Shown here piece after piece: positions 29,354 through 41,560 of a stretch of 49,784 nucleotides of DNA; positions within the stretch are counted from its first letter, which is position 1; every line of letters starts with the position of its first letter. The position numbers were made by a program, and so were the translations under genes. The DNA lies in the IMG/VR virus record IMGVR_UViG_2879736954_000010. The stretch is one strand, 5' to 3'. Under the pieces are notes generated by a model. It saw only the letters and a list, made by a program, of their open reading frames with translations. It ran no database searches and was not told the DNA's origin. This DNA comes from a virus (lineage: Duplodnaviria; Heunggongvirae; Uroviricota; Caudoviricetes).

Positions 29354-29444
29354 ATACTCTCCGGTTCGGTGATTTTTATCCCGGGCTTTCCACCAGGGAC
29401 ATAATGATCGCGCACAAGCCAGGGCAAAACAAACTCATGGCGCA

Positions 29445-29702
29445 TCAGCGCAGCGCCTCCTGCACCAGTTTTTCAAACTTTCCGACTCTGGTTTCCAGCT
29501 CTGCCACACAGTCCACCAGCTCATCTACTGCTTTCTGTGCGCGATGCTTCGCCTGCATCAGTTCCCGAAGCGCGGGTACCATATCTTTACGGATAGCATC
29601 TTTTGTTATGCCCGTTTTTTCGAGTTGTTCAGCATGACGCAGCATTTCCTGCGCGTGTTTACGCAATTGTTCAGGGGTAAAAGTCATTGTCTGGTTGTTC
29701 AA
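29445..29702 (-). CDS. Hypothetical coiled-coil protein (85 aa) in the nin-equivalent region
   Basis: ORF between dnaB-like gene and ninH; no family recognised. Confidence 0.4.
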   Translation of the reverse strand: MNNQTMTFTPEQLRKHAQEMLRHAEQLEKTGITKDAIRKDMVPALRELMQAKHRAQKAVDELVDCVAELETRVGKFEKLVQEALR

Positions 29703-31090
29703 AAGAAACGCTCCATCTTACTGCTGTCAGTTCGTTTATTACTGTATCTGCGCGGATTGCCGGGCTTCATGGGAGTGGAAAGCACCCGTGCACTTTCCTG
29801 GTCCACAGGCAGAAAATGTCCGTTATAAAAACGCCGGTAAATCGTTCCCAGAGAACCGTTACGTTGTTTCGTGATATTGATTTCTGCGATGCCCCTGGCC
29901 TGCGTATCCGGGTTGTACACTTCATCCCTGTAAAGCATCAGAATGATGTCTGCATCCGCCTCTATTTCTCCGGAATTTTTCAGGTCTGAGTTCATGGGAC
30001 GTTTATTGGGTCTGGACTCCACACCGCGGGAGAGCTGGCTCAGCGCAATCAACGGAAAACCACCGGATTTTGCCAGGCCTTTAAGCCCCTTTGAGATTTC
30101 ACCCACGGCAAGGTCATGACGCCCCGTGGTTCGGGTTTTTATCAGCCCGAGATAATCAACCACCACCAGCGCCGTTTCCGGATATTTAATCAGGTGGTGT
30201 TTCGTTGTTGCGCATATCTCATCAATGGCCAGGTTCGCCTGGTCCACCATCCAGATATTGCGCCCGGTCATCCGCCCCACCCCTTGTGAGAAACGCGTCC
30301 AGTCTTCATCTTCAAAGTGAGCCACAGATTTCAGGCGTGATACTGGCATCCCTCCAGCCGCAGACACCATACGTTCACCAATCTGGATGTTCGCCATCTC
30401 CATGGTGAACAGAAGCACACCATGCCCCTGCTCAGTCACCTTGTCGATGATGTCCAGCGCAAGTTCGGTTTTCCCCATCGAAGGACGGGCGGCAATGAAT
30501 ACCAGGTCTCCGGGCTCCATACCGCCTGTTTTTGCGTCCAGTTCATCAATACCGGTCATCAACGTCCTGGATTTCTCCAGCCCCTGATTCCGGCATTCAA
30601 CACGCTCAACCACTTCCGGAAGCACATCATCAATATGTACCGGCTGAATGACGCCCTTTCCTGTCGACAGTGTGACCATCATGTTCTGCGCATCCTTCAG
30701 GGCATCTTCAGCTGCTTCACAGGTATGCGCATCACGTAATTTCTGCAGCGCCTCATTCAGTGTTTTTTCTGCATCGCGCAGTGCGGCATTGCGCCGCAAC
30801 GCTGCAACATAGTGCTCCAGTGAAGACTTCACCCAGGTTTTACGCCCGGTATCAGTAATCACCGGGGCAAGTTCCGGCATCTCATTACACAACAGCACGG
30901 GGTCAATCACTCCTGAAACACGGGCCTGTCTGCAGATGCCTGTATAGATATCCTGATACGCTCGTACAGAAAAAACGTCCGCTGGCAGTGTGGCCAGAAT
31001 ATCCATCACTTCAGGATCTGCTCCGCGCAGAAAGAACGCGCCGATGACAGCGCCTTCAAGGTCATCGTTACGCCATACTGGAGTTGTCAT
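29699..31090 (-). CDS. Replicative DNA helicase (DnaB family)
   Basis: 463 aa; Walker A ARPSMGKTELALD, ...YRDEVYNP..., ...ITKQRNGSLG... characteristic of DnaB helicases. Confidence 0.85.
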   Translation of the reverse strand: MTTPVWRNDDLEGAVIGAFFLRGADPEVMDILATLPADVFSVRAYQDIYTGICRQARVSGVIDPVLLCNEMPELAPVITDTGRKTWVKSSLEHYVAALRRNAALRDAEKTLNEALQKLRDAHTCEAAEDALKDAQNMMVTLSTGKGVIQPVHIDDVLPEVVERVECRNQGLEKSRTLMTGIDELDAKTGGMEPGDLVFIAARPSMGKTELALDIIDKVTEQGHGVLLFTMEMANIQIGERMVSAAGGMPVSRLKSVAHFEDEDWTRFSQGVGRMTGRNIWMVDQANLAIDEICATTKHHLIKYPETALVVVDYLGLIKTRTTGRHDLAVGEISKGLKGLAKSGGFPLIALSQLSRGVESRPNKRPMNSDLKNSGEIEADADIILMLYRDEVYNPDTQARGIAEINITKQRNGSLGTIYRRFYNGHFLPVDQESARVLSTPMKPGNPRRYSNKRTDSSKMERFF

Positions 31091-31965
31091 GCAGCCACAC
31101 CTCTGATACGAGAACGGTAACTGGGCCAGTTAAACGACAACCAGTTGCGTCCCCCGTCTGTGATCCTGTCGGCAATTCGGGGACTGATGAACGCCCACAA
31201 CTCTTCCGGTGAGAGGTTACTGATCAGAATGGTGGGCAAGATACTTTCGTACCTGGCGTTGATAATTTCCTGCAAAATAGCCATTTCAGCCGCGCTGCCA
31301 AACTGAACGCCAACTTCGTCGATGATCAGCAAATCCATTGACGCATAACGCTCAATAACTTCATCCGCTGTTTTTTCGCTGTCATTCCGCCAGCAATTTT
31401 TCACAGCACGGGTAAGGCGCATCACGTCGGTGATCTCCACACTGGCCAGATAGTTACGGATGATGTGTTTTGCCATAGCCACAGCCAGATGATTTTTTCC
31501 GGTACCACAACTGCCGGTCATAACAAGACTGGTACCGTTCTCCAGCATATCTGGCCAGTTCTCCGCATAGCGGCGACAGGCCGCAAGATTTCTGGCTGCG
31601 CCAGGATTAACCTCCAGATAATTATCAAACTCGCAGTCCCGAAAACGCAGGGCAATTCCGGCGTTATCAGTCAGCTCTTCCGCCTTGATGGACGACAGCT
31701 CCATGGTCAAATCGTTGGCCTCAGCGATTAAGCAGTCAGGGCAGCATGAAATTTCTTCTCTGTCCTCGCCATTACGATCGCTCCACACCAGTATATGCGT
31801 GTGATATTCGCCATGTTTTTCGCAATATCCGCGACCTTCACGCATCAGGCAGGAACGATAAGGCCATGGCTTTTCGCCCTTCTGAGCAAATGCAATCTCT
31901 GCCCGTAACTCATCCATTCGCGCCTGTAGTCTTTTTTGTTGTTCACGCAGGTTAAACGTCATCAT
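31087..31965 (-). CDS. DnaC/IstB-like AAA+ helicase loader with N-terminal Cys/His cluster
   Basis: Walker A GSCGTGKNHLAVAMA and Walker B DLLIIDEVG; start placed at MMTFNL because upstream ORF codons lie inside the IS911 left end. Confidence 0.75.
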   Translation of the reverse strand: MMTFNLREQQKRLQARMDELRAEIAFAQKGEKPWPYRSCLMREGRGYCEKHGEYHTHILVWSDRNGEDREEISCCPDCLIAEANDLTMELSSIKAEELTDNAGIALRFRDCEFDNYLEVNPGAARNLAACRRYAENWPDMLENGTSLVMTGSCGTGKNHLAVAMAKHIIRNYLASVEITDVMRLTRAVKNCWRNDSEKTADEVIERYASMDLLIIDEVGVQFGSAAEMAILQEIINARYESILPTILISNLSPEELWAFISPRIADRITDGGRNWLSFNWPSYRSRIRGVAA

Positions 31966-32057
31966 CGCTGTCACCTCAGAATGTCTGAAGTGGCACACTG
32001 AATTTGGCCACCTGAACAGAGGTGATATGCTCACCTCAGAACAACACAGGTGCTCCA

Positions 32058-33226
<1,169 letters not shown>

Positions 33227-33243
33227 CCACTTCAGCCACTTCA

Positions 33244-33419
33244 AAAGCTGAAAATGATGCTCTTCGGCGCAAGCTTGATAATGGTGGTCGGGTGCTCGTC
33301 AAAGGAAAATGCCCTGTGCCATCCTCAGCCGAAACCTCCAGCGCCTCCGGCATGGGCAATGATGCCACCGTCGAACTCTCTCCAGTTGCTGGACGAAACG
33401 TTCTCGGTATCCGGGACGG
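33244..33419. repeat. 176-bp Rz/Rz1 segment, inverted-repeat copy B (partner 26130-26305)
   Basis: See copy A. Confidence 0.8.
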
Positions 33420-33445
33420 AATCATCAGCGACCAGACAGCATTGA
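33254..33445 (+). CDS. Rz1: Rz1-like o-spanin lipoprotein (apparently complete)
   Basis: [63 protein letters not shown]; lipobox plus proline-rich segment. Confidence 0.6.
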   Translation: MMLFGASLIMVVGCSSKENALCHPQPKPPAPPAWAMMPPSNSLQLLDETFSVSGTESSATRQH

Positions 33446-33577
33446 GAATGCTTCAGGAGTACATCAGGATCCAATGCCTTGGGGGGTAGCGGTAATTTTA
33501 CTCATTATCCTTCAAATCAGATTCTGTTGTCAGAGGAATGGGGGACGCTGGATTCGCAAGAGCTTTTTATGGGCAGT

Positions 33578-34090
33578 TTAGCTAAAAAAAGGCAACACGA
33601 AGCTAAAACTACCAACATAAAGTGCTGACCAGCTAGCAGCTGAAATCAGACTCACTGTATACACTTTCACTGGATGAAGTTGCAACATTCCTGCCACCAA
33701 AGGAGCAATGTAACGCAGCACGGCGATAAAGCGCGAAGTGAAAAGTATTGACACAGAGTTATTTTGCAACTGAAGGCGAACCCGTTCTATTGTATTGGAA
33801 CGGCTCGATATTATACATGCAAGTTGAGGGATATGCCCAATTATTATACCAAGATGGTAATTAACGATAGTACCGCACCATGCGCCACTCATGACCGTGA
33901 TTCCAGCTTCCCATGGTGAAAGAGTCGTCTTGCTGACTGTAATTACAGTGGCCATCATAATTGATGCTGGTGGCAATATCGCCGAAATGAGTAAAGTGGA
34001 TTTTGTGAACGCTATTATAAAAAGAAGCCCCCATAGGCGATATGGATGAAGTACAAAATAGTTCATCAAAGCATTTATCCACTCCATCAA
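33578..34090 (-). CDS. Hypothetical polytopic inner-membrane protein (170 aa), possibly DedA/VTT-like
   Basis: Four to five hydrophobic segments; occupies the bor-equivalent position after Rz on the opposite strand; family assignment tentative. Confidence 0.35.
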   Translation of the reverse strand: MMEWINALMNYFVLHPYRLWGLLFIIAFTKSTLLISAILPPASIMMATVITVSKTTLSPWEAGITVMSGAWCGTIVNYHLGIIIGHIPQLACIISSRSNTIERVRLQLQNNSVSILFTSRFIAVLRYIAPLVAGMLQLHPVKVYTVSLISAASWSALYVGSFSFVLPFFS

Positions 34091-34284
34091 TGTCTTTCCT
34101 TCTGTGAATTTTTCTTTGCTATTTAACCGTGATACGACTTAATTTAGGCTTAAACACCTTACATTTACAAGGTACTCCTGTGGGGGGCCCTGCCACGGAG
34201 CGTCGCAGGAGTGAGTGATGAGGAAGAATTAAAGCAACCTATTGTGACAGGCAGCGATAACAGTAAATCACAGGAAGCATAATC

Positions 34285-35049
34285 ATGGCAAAACCGGACT
34301 GGGAGGCCATCGAATCGGCATACCGGGCCGGAGTCCTTAGCCTCCGTGATATAGGCGAGAAATACGGCGTTACAGAAGGGGCTATCAGGAAGAGGGCCAA
34401 AAAGCTTGATTGGGCACGCAGTGGCGGTACGCAGGTTTGCAAAAATGGTACGCAAAAAAGGAAAGTGCGTACCAGCAGAAAGCCTGCCATTACTGGCCTT
34501 ACACAAAAAAGTACGCAACTAAAAACAGAATCTACACCGGATACGAAACCGATACGCGGAATGCGTACCGATCCCCCGACTAACCCATTCCAACCCGGTA
34601 ACCAGCAGGCATTAAAACACGGTGGTTATGCCCGTCGCCTTCTGCTCAAAGATGAGGTGATAGAGGACGCTAAAGCGTTGACGCTCGAGGACGAATTATT
34701 TCGCCTTCGTGCTAACAACCTTGTCGCTGCAGAGAATATTGGTCGGTGGTTGGTGTCGCTGGAAGATGCTAATGGGGACCAGGAAAGGAAGATGCTGATT
34801 GAAAATATCAGCGCCGCCGAGAAAGCAATGATGCGCAATACAGTTCGTATTGAGTCCATCGTTGGCACGCTTGCGACGGTAGGAAAAATATTTGCTGATA
34901 CAGCCTACCGCAAGGCCGCCACTGATAAGGTGTCTCTGGAGGCTGATCGTCTTCGCCGTGATGCAGGTATTGATGATGGCAATGGAGAGCGTGACCTCAA
35001 TGACTTCTACTCTGACATCCAAACCGACGCTGAATCCGGCTTTACGTAG
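34285..35049 (+). CDS. Putative terminase small subunit (N-terminal HTH)
   Basis: 254 aa immediately upstream of the terminase large subunit; N-terminal HTH-like segment LSLRDIGEKYGVTEGAIRKRAKK. Confidence 0.6.
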   Translation: MAKPDWEAIESAYRAGVLSLRDIGEKYGVTEGAIRKRAKKLDWARSGGTQVCKNGTQKRKVRTSRKPAITGLTQKSTQLKTESTPDTKPIRGMRTDPPTNPFQPGNQQALKHGGYARRLLLKDEVIEDAKALTLEDELFRLRANNLVAAENIGRWLVSLEDANGDQERKMLIENISAAEKAMMRNTVRIESIVGTLATVGKIFADTAYRKAATDKVSLEADRLRRDAGIDDGNGERDLNDFYSDIQTDAESGFT

Positions 35050-35758
35050 TTTCTGGACTATGCGGGCACGTAACAAAGTGCTTTATGGTGGTCGGTCATC
35101 GTCAAAATCATGGGATGCCGCTGGCATTGCCATATTTCTGTCGAATAAATACACCCTGCGTTTTTGTTGTGCCCGTCAGATCCAGAATAAAATCGAAGAG
35201 TCGGTGTATACCCTGCTCAAAATTCAGATAGACAGGTTTGGTCTGCGGCACCGTTTCCGTATTCTGAACAACAAAATCATTAACCGGGTTACTGGCTCGG
35301 AATTTGTTTTTTATGGATTATGGCGCAACATCGAAGAAATTAAGTCACTGGAGGGGATCGATATGTTGTGGTTGGAAGAAGCCCACGCACTGACGGAATA
35401 CCAGTGGAAAATTCTGGAGCCAACGATCCGTAAAGAGGGTTCGGAATGCTGGTTCATATTCAACCCCGGACTTGTTACTGATTTCGTCTGGCGCAACTTC
35501 GTTGTTGATCCGCCCGAAGGCACTCTCATCCGCAAAATTAACTATGACGAAAATCCGTTTCTGTCTGACACCATGCTTAAGGTTATCGACGCGGCGCGAC
35601 GCCGTGATCCGGATGGTTTTAAACATGTGTATGAGGGCGTTCCGGAGTCTGATGATGATGCGGCAATTAGACTGGCCCCCTGAATCTCCAGACAACCAGT
35701 ATCACTTATTTAAGTGATAGTCTTAATACTAGTTTTTAGACTAGTCATTGGAGAACAG

Positions 35759-36124
35759 ATGATTGATGTCTTAGGGCCGGAGAAACGCAGACGGCGTACC
35801 ACACAGGAAAAGATCGCAATTGTTCAGCAGAGCTTTGAACCGGGGATGACGGTCTCCCTCGTTGCCCGGCAACATGGTGTAGCAGCCAGCCAGTTATTTC
35901 TCTGGCGTAAGCAATACCAGGAAGGAAGTCTTACTGCTGTGGCCGCCGGAGAACAGGTTGTTCCTGCCTCTGAACTTGCTGCCGCCATGAAGCAGATTAA
36001 AGAACTCCAGCGCCTGCTCGGCAAGAAAACGATGGAAAATGAACTCCTCAAAGAAGCCGTTGAATATGGACGGGCAAAAAAGTGGATAGCGCACGCGCCC
36101 TTATTGCCCGGGGATGGGGAGTAA
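35759..36124 (+). CDS. insC: IS2 InsC (OrfA)
   Basis: [56 protein letters not shown]... Confidence 0.85.
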
Positions 36125-36987
36125 GCTTAGTCAGCCGTTGTCTCCGGGTGTCGCGTGCGCAGTTGCACGTCATTCTCAGACGAACCGATGACTGGATGGA
36201 TGGCCGCCGCAGTCGTCACACTGATGATACGGATGTGCTTCTCCGTATACACCATGTTATCGGAGAGCTGCCCACGTATGGTTATCGTCGGGTATGGGCG
36301 CTGCTTCGCAGACAGGCAGAACTTGATGGTATGCCTGCGATCAATGCCAAACGTGTTTACCGGCTCATGCGCCAGAATGCGCTGTTGCTTGAGCGAAAAC
36401 CTGCTGTACCGCCATCGAAACGGGCACATACAGGCAGAGTGGCCGTGAAAGAAAGCAATCAGCGATGGTGCTCTGACGGGTTCGAGTTCTGCTGTGATAA
36501 CGGAGAGAGACTGCGTGTCACGTTCGCGCTGGACTGCTGTGATCGTGAGGCACTGCACTGGGCGGTGACTACCGGCGGCTTCAACAGTGAAACAGTACAG
36601 GACGTCATGCTGGGAGCGGTGGAATGCCGCTTCGGCAACGATCTTCCGTCGTCTCCAGTGGAGTGGCTGACGGATAATGGTTCATGCTACCGGGCTAATG
36701 AAACACGCCAGTTCGCCCGGATGTTGGGACTTGAACCGAAGAACACGGCGGTGCGTAGTCCGGAGAGTAACGGAATAGCAGAGAGCTTCGTGAAAACGAT
36801 AAAGCGTGACTACATCAGTATCATGCCCAAACCAGACGGGTTAACGGCAGCAAAGAACCTTGCAGAGGCGTTCGAGCATTATAACGAATGGCATCCGCAT
36901 AGTGCGCTGGGTTATCGCTCGCCACGGGAATATCTGCGGCAGCGGGCTTGTAATGGGTTAAGTGATAACAGATGTCTGGAAATATAG
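36082..36987 (+). CDS. insD: IS2 InsD (OrfB transposase)
   Basis: 301 aa IS2 OrfB. Confidence 0.85.
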
Positions 36988-37731
36988 GGGCAAATCCAGC
37001 AATCATCAAACTGTCTTGGATAGAAGCCGCAGTGGATGCGCACAAAACGTTAAATTTCGAACCCAGTGGAAGAAAGCGTATTGGCTTTGACGTGGCTGAC
37101 AGTGGTACAGATAAGTGCGCTAACGTTTACCGTCACGGATCCGTTGTTTTCTGGGCCGACGAATGGAAGGCCAAAGAAGATGAATTACTGAAGAGCTGCC
37201 AGCGTACTTATCAGGCGGCGCTGGAGCGTGAAGCAGATATTGTTTACGACTCTATCGGTGTTGGTGCGTCTGCCGGTGCTAAATTCTCTGAAATTAACGC
37301 TGACCGGAAGAGCGAGAACGCATACGCGCGACGTGTGAATTACCAGAGGTTTAACGCCGGTGCTGGTGTGCATGAGCCAGATGACGAGTACAACGGCATC
37401 CCCAACAAAGACTTTTTCGCAAATCTTAAGGCTCAGGCATGGTGGCTGACCGTTTCAGAAATACGTTTAACGCCATTAACAACGGAGAACAGTATCCTGT
37501 GGATGAGCTGATCAGCATAGATTCTCGTTGTCCGTTGCTTGAAAAGCTGAAACTGGAACTGACAACACCTCATCGTGATTTCGACCGTAACGGACGTGTG
37601 ATGGTCGAAAGTAAAAAAGACCTCGCAAAACGCGAGATACCGTCACCAAACGTTGCTGATGCATTCATTATGGCCTTCGCGCCAATCGATACATCGCTGG
37701 ATATCTGGGAACAGCTGGGGAGACAGGCCTG

Positions 37732-39198
37732 ATGGCACGAAACAAACAAGCCCTGCGGCGAACTGTGCAGGCCACAGCTGATGGTTATGAGAATTTTATT
37801 GCCCGAGTAGGGATGCAGACACCTAACCAGCACTCAGCATCCACCTACCGGGCTAATTTCACCAGTCGTAACCGCATGCTGGTGGAATGGTCCTATCGTT
37901 CATCCTGGATCATCGGCGAAGCAGTCGATGCTATCCCGGATGATATGACCCGCAAAGGCATTCGCATCACTTCGGAAATTGATGCAAAAGATCGTGGCAT
38001 TCTCGAATCACAACTGGATGAGTTGCAAATCTGGGATGCGCTGAATGACGTGCTGAAATGGTCGCGCCTCTACGGCGGCGCGGTGGGTTTCATCATGATT
38101 GAGGGGCAGGCACCAATGACCCCGCTGCGACCCGAAACCATCGGTAAGGGCAAGTTTAAGGGGATTCTCCCGCTCGACCGCTGGATGGTCGACCCGGCAC
38201 TGACCCGCCGCATTAAAGATATGGGGCCGGACCTGGGTAAACCTGAGTTTTACGATGTGGTGACCACAGCAACGGGAATTCCTGCCTGGCGCATTCATCA
38301 CAGTCGCCTGATTCGCTTTGATGGCGTCACGTTGCCATTTCAGCAGAAGATGACCGAGAACGAATGGGGAATGTCGGTTGTAGAGCGTATCTGGGATCGT
38401 CTTACCGCGTTCGACAGCGCTACTGTCGGCGCGGCGCAGCTGGTCTACAAGGCGCATTTGCGTACCTACAGCGTGGAGAAGCTACGCGAGCTTATCGCAC
38501 TTGGTGGTCCTGCGTATGAAGCGTTGCTGAAGAATATCGACCTGATTCGACAGTTCCAGAGTAATGAAGGCATGACGCTCATGGACTCGCGGGATAAGTT
38601 TGAAACCCATCAGTACAGCTTCAGTGGTCTGGATGACATCCTTTCGCAGTTTGCAGAACAGATTAGTGGCGCTGTTGGTATCCCACTGGTGCGGTTGTTC
38701 GGACAGTCCCCGAAAGGATTTTCTACCGGTGATGCAGACCTTGCCAACTATTACGATCGCATCAGTTCGTTGCAGGAGAGGCGTTTACGTCTTCCGGTGC
38801 GGCGGATACTGGACATCATGCATCGTTCGGAACTTGGCAAGCCGCTGCCGGACGATTTCACGTTTGAGTTTAACCCGCTCTGGCAAATGTCTGATGTCGA
38901 TCGCTCAACGGTGGCGTTAAACACCACCAACGCAATCAGTACGGCGATGGGTGATGGTCTGATGACACTGAAAGCCGCTATGACTGATTTGCGAGAAAAT
39001 TCTGACGTAACCGGCATAGGGGCATCCATTACCAACGAGGACATCGAGAATGCCGAAGATGAAGCGCCGCCCGGCATCGGCGAACCTGATGACGAACCGC
39101 AGGAGCCGTCAGGCGGAAATCCGGTATCGAACCAGCCTACGCAGGATAGCGAGGGCGGTCGGAGACATCGTAAATGGTCGCTACGATGGTTCAAATGA
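37732..39198 (+). CDS. Phage portal protein (488 aa)
   Basis: Size and position directly after terminase; acidic C-terminus; start ATG overlaps terL stop (TGATG). Confidence 0.75.
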   Translation: MARNKQALRRTVQATADGYENFIARVGMQTPNQHSASTYRANFTSRNRMLVEWSYRSSWIIGEAVDAIPDDMTRKGIRITSEIDAKDRGILESQLDELQIWDALNDVLKWSRLYGGAVGFIMIEGQAPMTPLRPETIGKGKFKGILPLDRWMVDPALTRRIKDMGPDLGKPEFYDVVTTATGIPAWRIHHSRLIRFDGVTLPFQQKMTENEWGMSVVERIWDRLTAFDSATVGAAQLVYKAHLRTYSVEKLRELIALGGPAYEALLKNIDLIRQFQSNEGMTLMDSRDKFETHQYSFSGLDDILSQFAEQISGAVGIPLVRLFGQSPKGFSTGDADLANYYDRISSLQERRLRLPVRRILDIMHRSELGKPLPDDFTFEFNPLWQMSDVDRSTVALNTTNAISTAMGDGLMTLKAAMTDLRENSDVTGIGASITNEDIENAEDEAPPGIGEPDDEPQEPSGGNPVSNQPTQDSEGGRRHRKWSLRWFK

Positions 39199-39832
39199 CA
39201 GTATCACGGAAATTATTGCGGCGCTGGAGCGTTACAGTGAAATCATCACCCCCTGGGCGACAAAGGTCGCGGAAAACTTTACTGCGGACCTAACCCGGCA
39301 GAACGAGAAAGTTTGGCGGCAACACAGCAAGAACATCAGTCGCGAGCTCCGCAATCTTGTGGAAAGCGCTCCTGTGGGCCAGGTGATGCAATCCATCATC
39401 GCCGAACAGGTCAAGTACATCAAATCTCTGCCTCTCGAGGCCGCAGACAGGGTGTACGACATCCAGAACAAAGCGATAGAGGCTGTTGTCACCGGTGGTC
39501 GGGCGGAGCAGTTTGCTAAAGAGATTGCATCTACCGGCGATGTTGCTAAGTCTAGGGCCGATCTGATTGCCCGAACGGAACTGGGAAGAGCAACGGGCGC
39601 GCTGGATATGGCCCGAGCGATAGCTATTGGCTCGGATGGTTATATTTGGCGTACAGCCGATGATGGCGATGTCCGAGATTCCCACGATCACATGAAAGGT
39701 AAATTCGTCCGCTGGGATTCACCTCCAACTTTGGACGGCATGACCGGCCACGCGGGCGAGCTGCCAAACTGCCGCTGCTATAAAGAGATCGTGTTTGTTC
39801 GCGTTCCATTCGCAATGAAAAGGGCAGCATAA
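39050..39832 (+). CDS. Head morphogenesis / minor capsid protein (Mu F / SPP1 gp7-like)
   Basis: C-terminal ...YIWRTADDGDVRDSHDHMKGKFVRWDSPPTLDG...PNCRCY motif typical of Mu-F-like proteins; true start uncertain (ORF overlaps portal by ~150 nt). Confidence 0.65.
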   Translation: MPKMKRRPASANLMTNRRSRQAEIRYRTSLRRIARAVGDIVNGRYDGSNDSITEIIAALERYSEIITPWATKVAENFTADLTRQNEKVWRQHSKNISRELRNLVESAPVGQVMQSIIAEQVKYIKSLPLEAADRVYDIQNKAIEAVVTGGRAEQFAKEIASTGDVAKSRADLIARTELGRATGALDMARAIAIGSDGYIWRTADDGDVRDSHDHMKGKFVRWDSPPTLDGMTGHAGELPNCRCYKEIVFVRVPFAMKRAA

Positions 39833-39835
39833 CCC

Positions 39836-41056
39836 ATGAAATACTTTTTTGAGACCAGGCTCGGGGAAACCCGATACCGCCTGGCTGACGGCTCGTTGCT
39901 GTGCAAAGACGTGCCGATAGGACGAACAGGTAAGCAGCTCTATGGTGCTGATGACCTGCCAAAACTGAAACCCGATAAGTTCGTTGAAATAGTCGTCACG
40001 CGTTCTCCTGAGCAGGTATTCCATCCGGCCACGCTTGCCTCATTCGAAGGGATGAGCATCACGATCCTGCATCCTGAAGATGAAAACGGGAATGTGCGGC
40101 TGGTAAATCCCGAGAACTGGAAAGTGCTTGCTGTCGGGCACCTCCAGAATGTCCGGCGCGGGACGGGTGAGCAGTCTGATTTGATGCTGGCTGACCTTAT
40201 CGTCAAAGACGAAAGCGCCATTCAGCTTATCGAAGATGGCCTGCGCGAAGTGTCGTGCGGCTATGACGCGGAGTACGAGCAGACCGAGCCAGGTAAAGCC
40301 GAGCAGGTCGATATTACCGGAAACCATGTGGCTCTTGTCCCTAAAGGCAGAGCCGGAAATCGTTGTGCAATTGGAGACAGAGACACAATGGCAAATCAAA
40401 AGAAAAACTGGTGGAACCGCATGCGTGCGGCCATCAAGACAGGAGATGCCGACACCATGAACGAACTGGTGGAGTCGGCTCCCGCATCGGTTACAGGAGA
40501 TGAGGGGGATTTGCCGCAGGGCGTTAATCTCAACATCAACCTGTCCCCGCAGCAACCACTACCGGACAAAGCACCAGAGATGGGCGGAGATCCAACCGGC
40601 GACAGTGATGATGACCTCAAAACATTACTGAAAGCCCTGCTGGCTAAGCTGGAAAGAAATGCCACGGGCGATAACGATAATAAGCCTGACGATAATCCGA
40701 CCGGTGACGGCGAGGACGATGAAGAGGAAACCACGATTACTGGTGACTCAGCCTGGCGTGCCGAAGTTATCGTTCCGGGTATCGATCTGAGCCGTAAGAT
40801 GAAACCGACCGCGTTCAAACGCGAGGTTCTGGCTTCTGCTGACAAAACGCTGGTTCGCCAGATAGTCGGTGATGCGGATATCCGCAAATTACCGAAACAA
40901 TCGGTCGACATGGCGTTTAATGCCGTGTCTGAGGTTGCCAAAGGGCGAAACACCCGCGCCACCACCGGCGATGCACAGCGCCTAAACATGGGCATGACCA
41001 GTATCGCTTCCCTGAACAAACAAAACGCTGAATTCTGGGCAAACCGTAAAGGGTAA
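39836..41056 (+). CDS. Putative prohead scaffold/protease (DUF2213-like), acidic C-terminal region
   Basis: Position between minor capsid and major capsid genes; family assignment from memory only. Confidence 0.45.
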   Translation: MKYFFETRLGETRYRLADGSLLCKDVPIGRTGKQLYGADDLPKLKPDKFVEIVVTRSPEQVFHPATLASFEGMSITILHPEDENGNVRLVNPENWKVLAVGHLQNVRRGTGEQSDLMLADLIVKDESAIQLIEDGLREVSCGYDAEYEQTEPGKAEQVDITGNHVALVPKGRAGNRCAIGDRDTMANQKKNWWNRMRAAIKTGDADTMNELVESAPASVTGDEGDLPQGVNLNINLSPQQPLPDKAPEMGGDPTGDSDDDLKTLLKALLAKLERNATGDNDNKPDDNPTGDGEDDEEETTITGDSAWRAEVIVPGIDLSRKMKPTAFKREVLASADKTLVRQIVGDADIRKLPKQSVDMAFNAVSEVAKGRNTRATTGDAQRLNMGMTSIASLNKQNAEFWANRKG

Positions 41057-41059
41057 AAA

Positions 41060-41416
41060 ATGAATAATGTATTTCTGTACCGGATGCCTGTTGGCATTGC
41101 CGGGGCTGTCTCTCGCCCGCAGGACTTAACCGTCGAACCGGTGGTCCTTAAATCCGATAACGCCTTCGCTGCCTATGGCCTGGCTGGTAAATACGATGAT
41201 GACGGTTTTTTCGTGCCGCTGGCAGATGGTGATACCGCAGACAAGGTGAAGGGGATCTACGTGCGCCCTTATCCGACCACGTCGCAGCCGGACATGGTTC
41301 GCCAGGTGGGAACAGGCAAGAACTTCCCGGGCGACGCCATGAAGCGTGGCTACGTGACCGTTAATCTCGGTTCTGATTTTGATGCCAGCACTATCAAAAA
41401 AGGCGATCTCCACTGA
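41060..41416 (+). CDS. Hypothetical head protein (118 aa)
   Basis: Small ORF immediately upstream of major capsid gene. Confidence 0.35.
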   Translation: MNNVFLYRMPVGIAGAVSRPQDLTVEPVVLKSDNAFAAYGLAGKYDDDGFFVPLADGDTADKVKGIYVRPYPTTSQPDMVRQVGTGKNFPGDAMKRGYVTVNLGSDFDASTIKKGDLH

Positions 41417-41560
41417 TGAATCCATCAAAGTGCCTCTGGGTGGATTCATGTCCACGTCAGTCAGTGGCAAAAACGTGGTGCTGACCAACGCTGAATTCAC
41501 AGGTGCCGGTGATGCTGACGGCAATGCAGAAATTTCCTGGAAGATTTAAGGAACAGACGA

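Larger units (their letters stand above)
33244..33489 (+). pseudogene. Rz: Rz i-spanin 3' fragment (5'-truncated at IS911), second copy
   Basis: Encodes ...[81 protein letters not shown]; the N-terminal ~80 codons are absent. Confidence 0.7.
35668..36998 (+). mobile_element. IS2 (IS3 family), 1331 bp, flanked by 5-bp target duplication GCAAT
   Basis: Ends tagactggccccctgaatctccagacaacc... and ...ggaaatataggggcaaatcca; GCAAT at 35663-35667 and 36999-37003; insC/insD with A6G slippery site at about 36075-36081. Confidence 0.9.
35057..37732 (+). pseudogene. Terminase large subunit, disrupted by IS2 insertion (35668-36998) and an additional frameshift near 37440-37455
   Basis: 5' part carries Walker A GGRSSSKSWD and ...DMLWLEEAH...; after IS2 the ORF continues, then shifts frame at ...KAQAWWL|(V)ADRFRNTFNA.... 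Confidence 0.75.
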
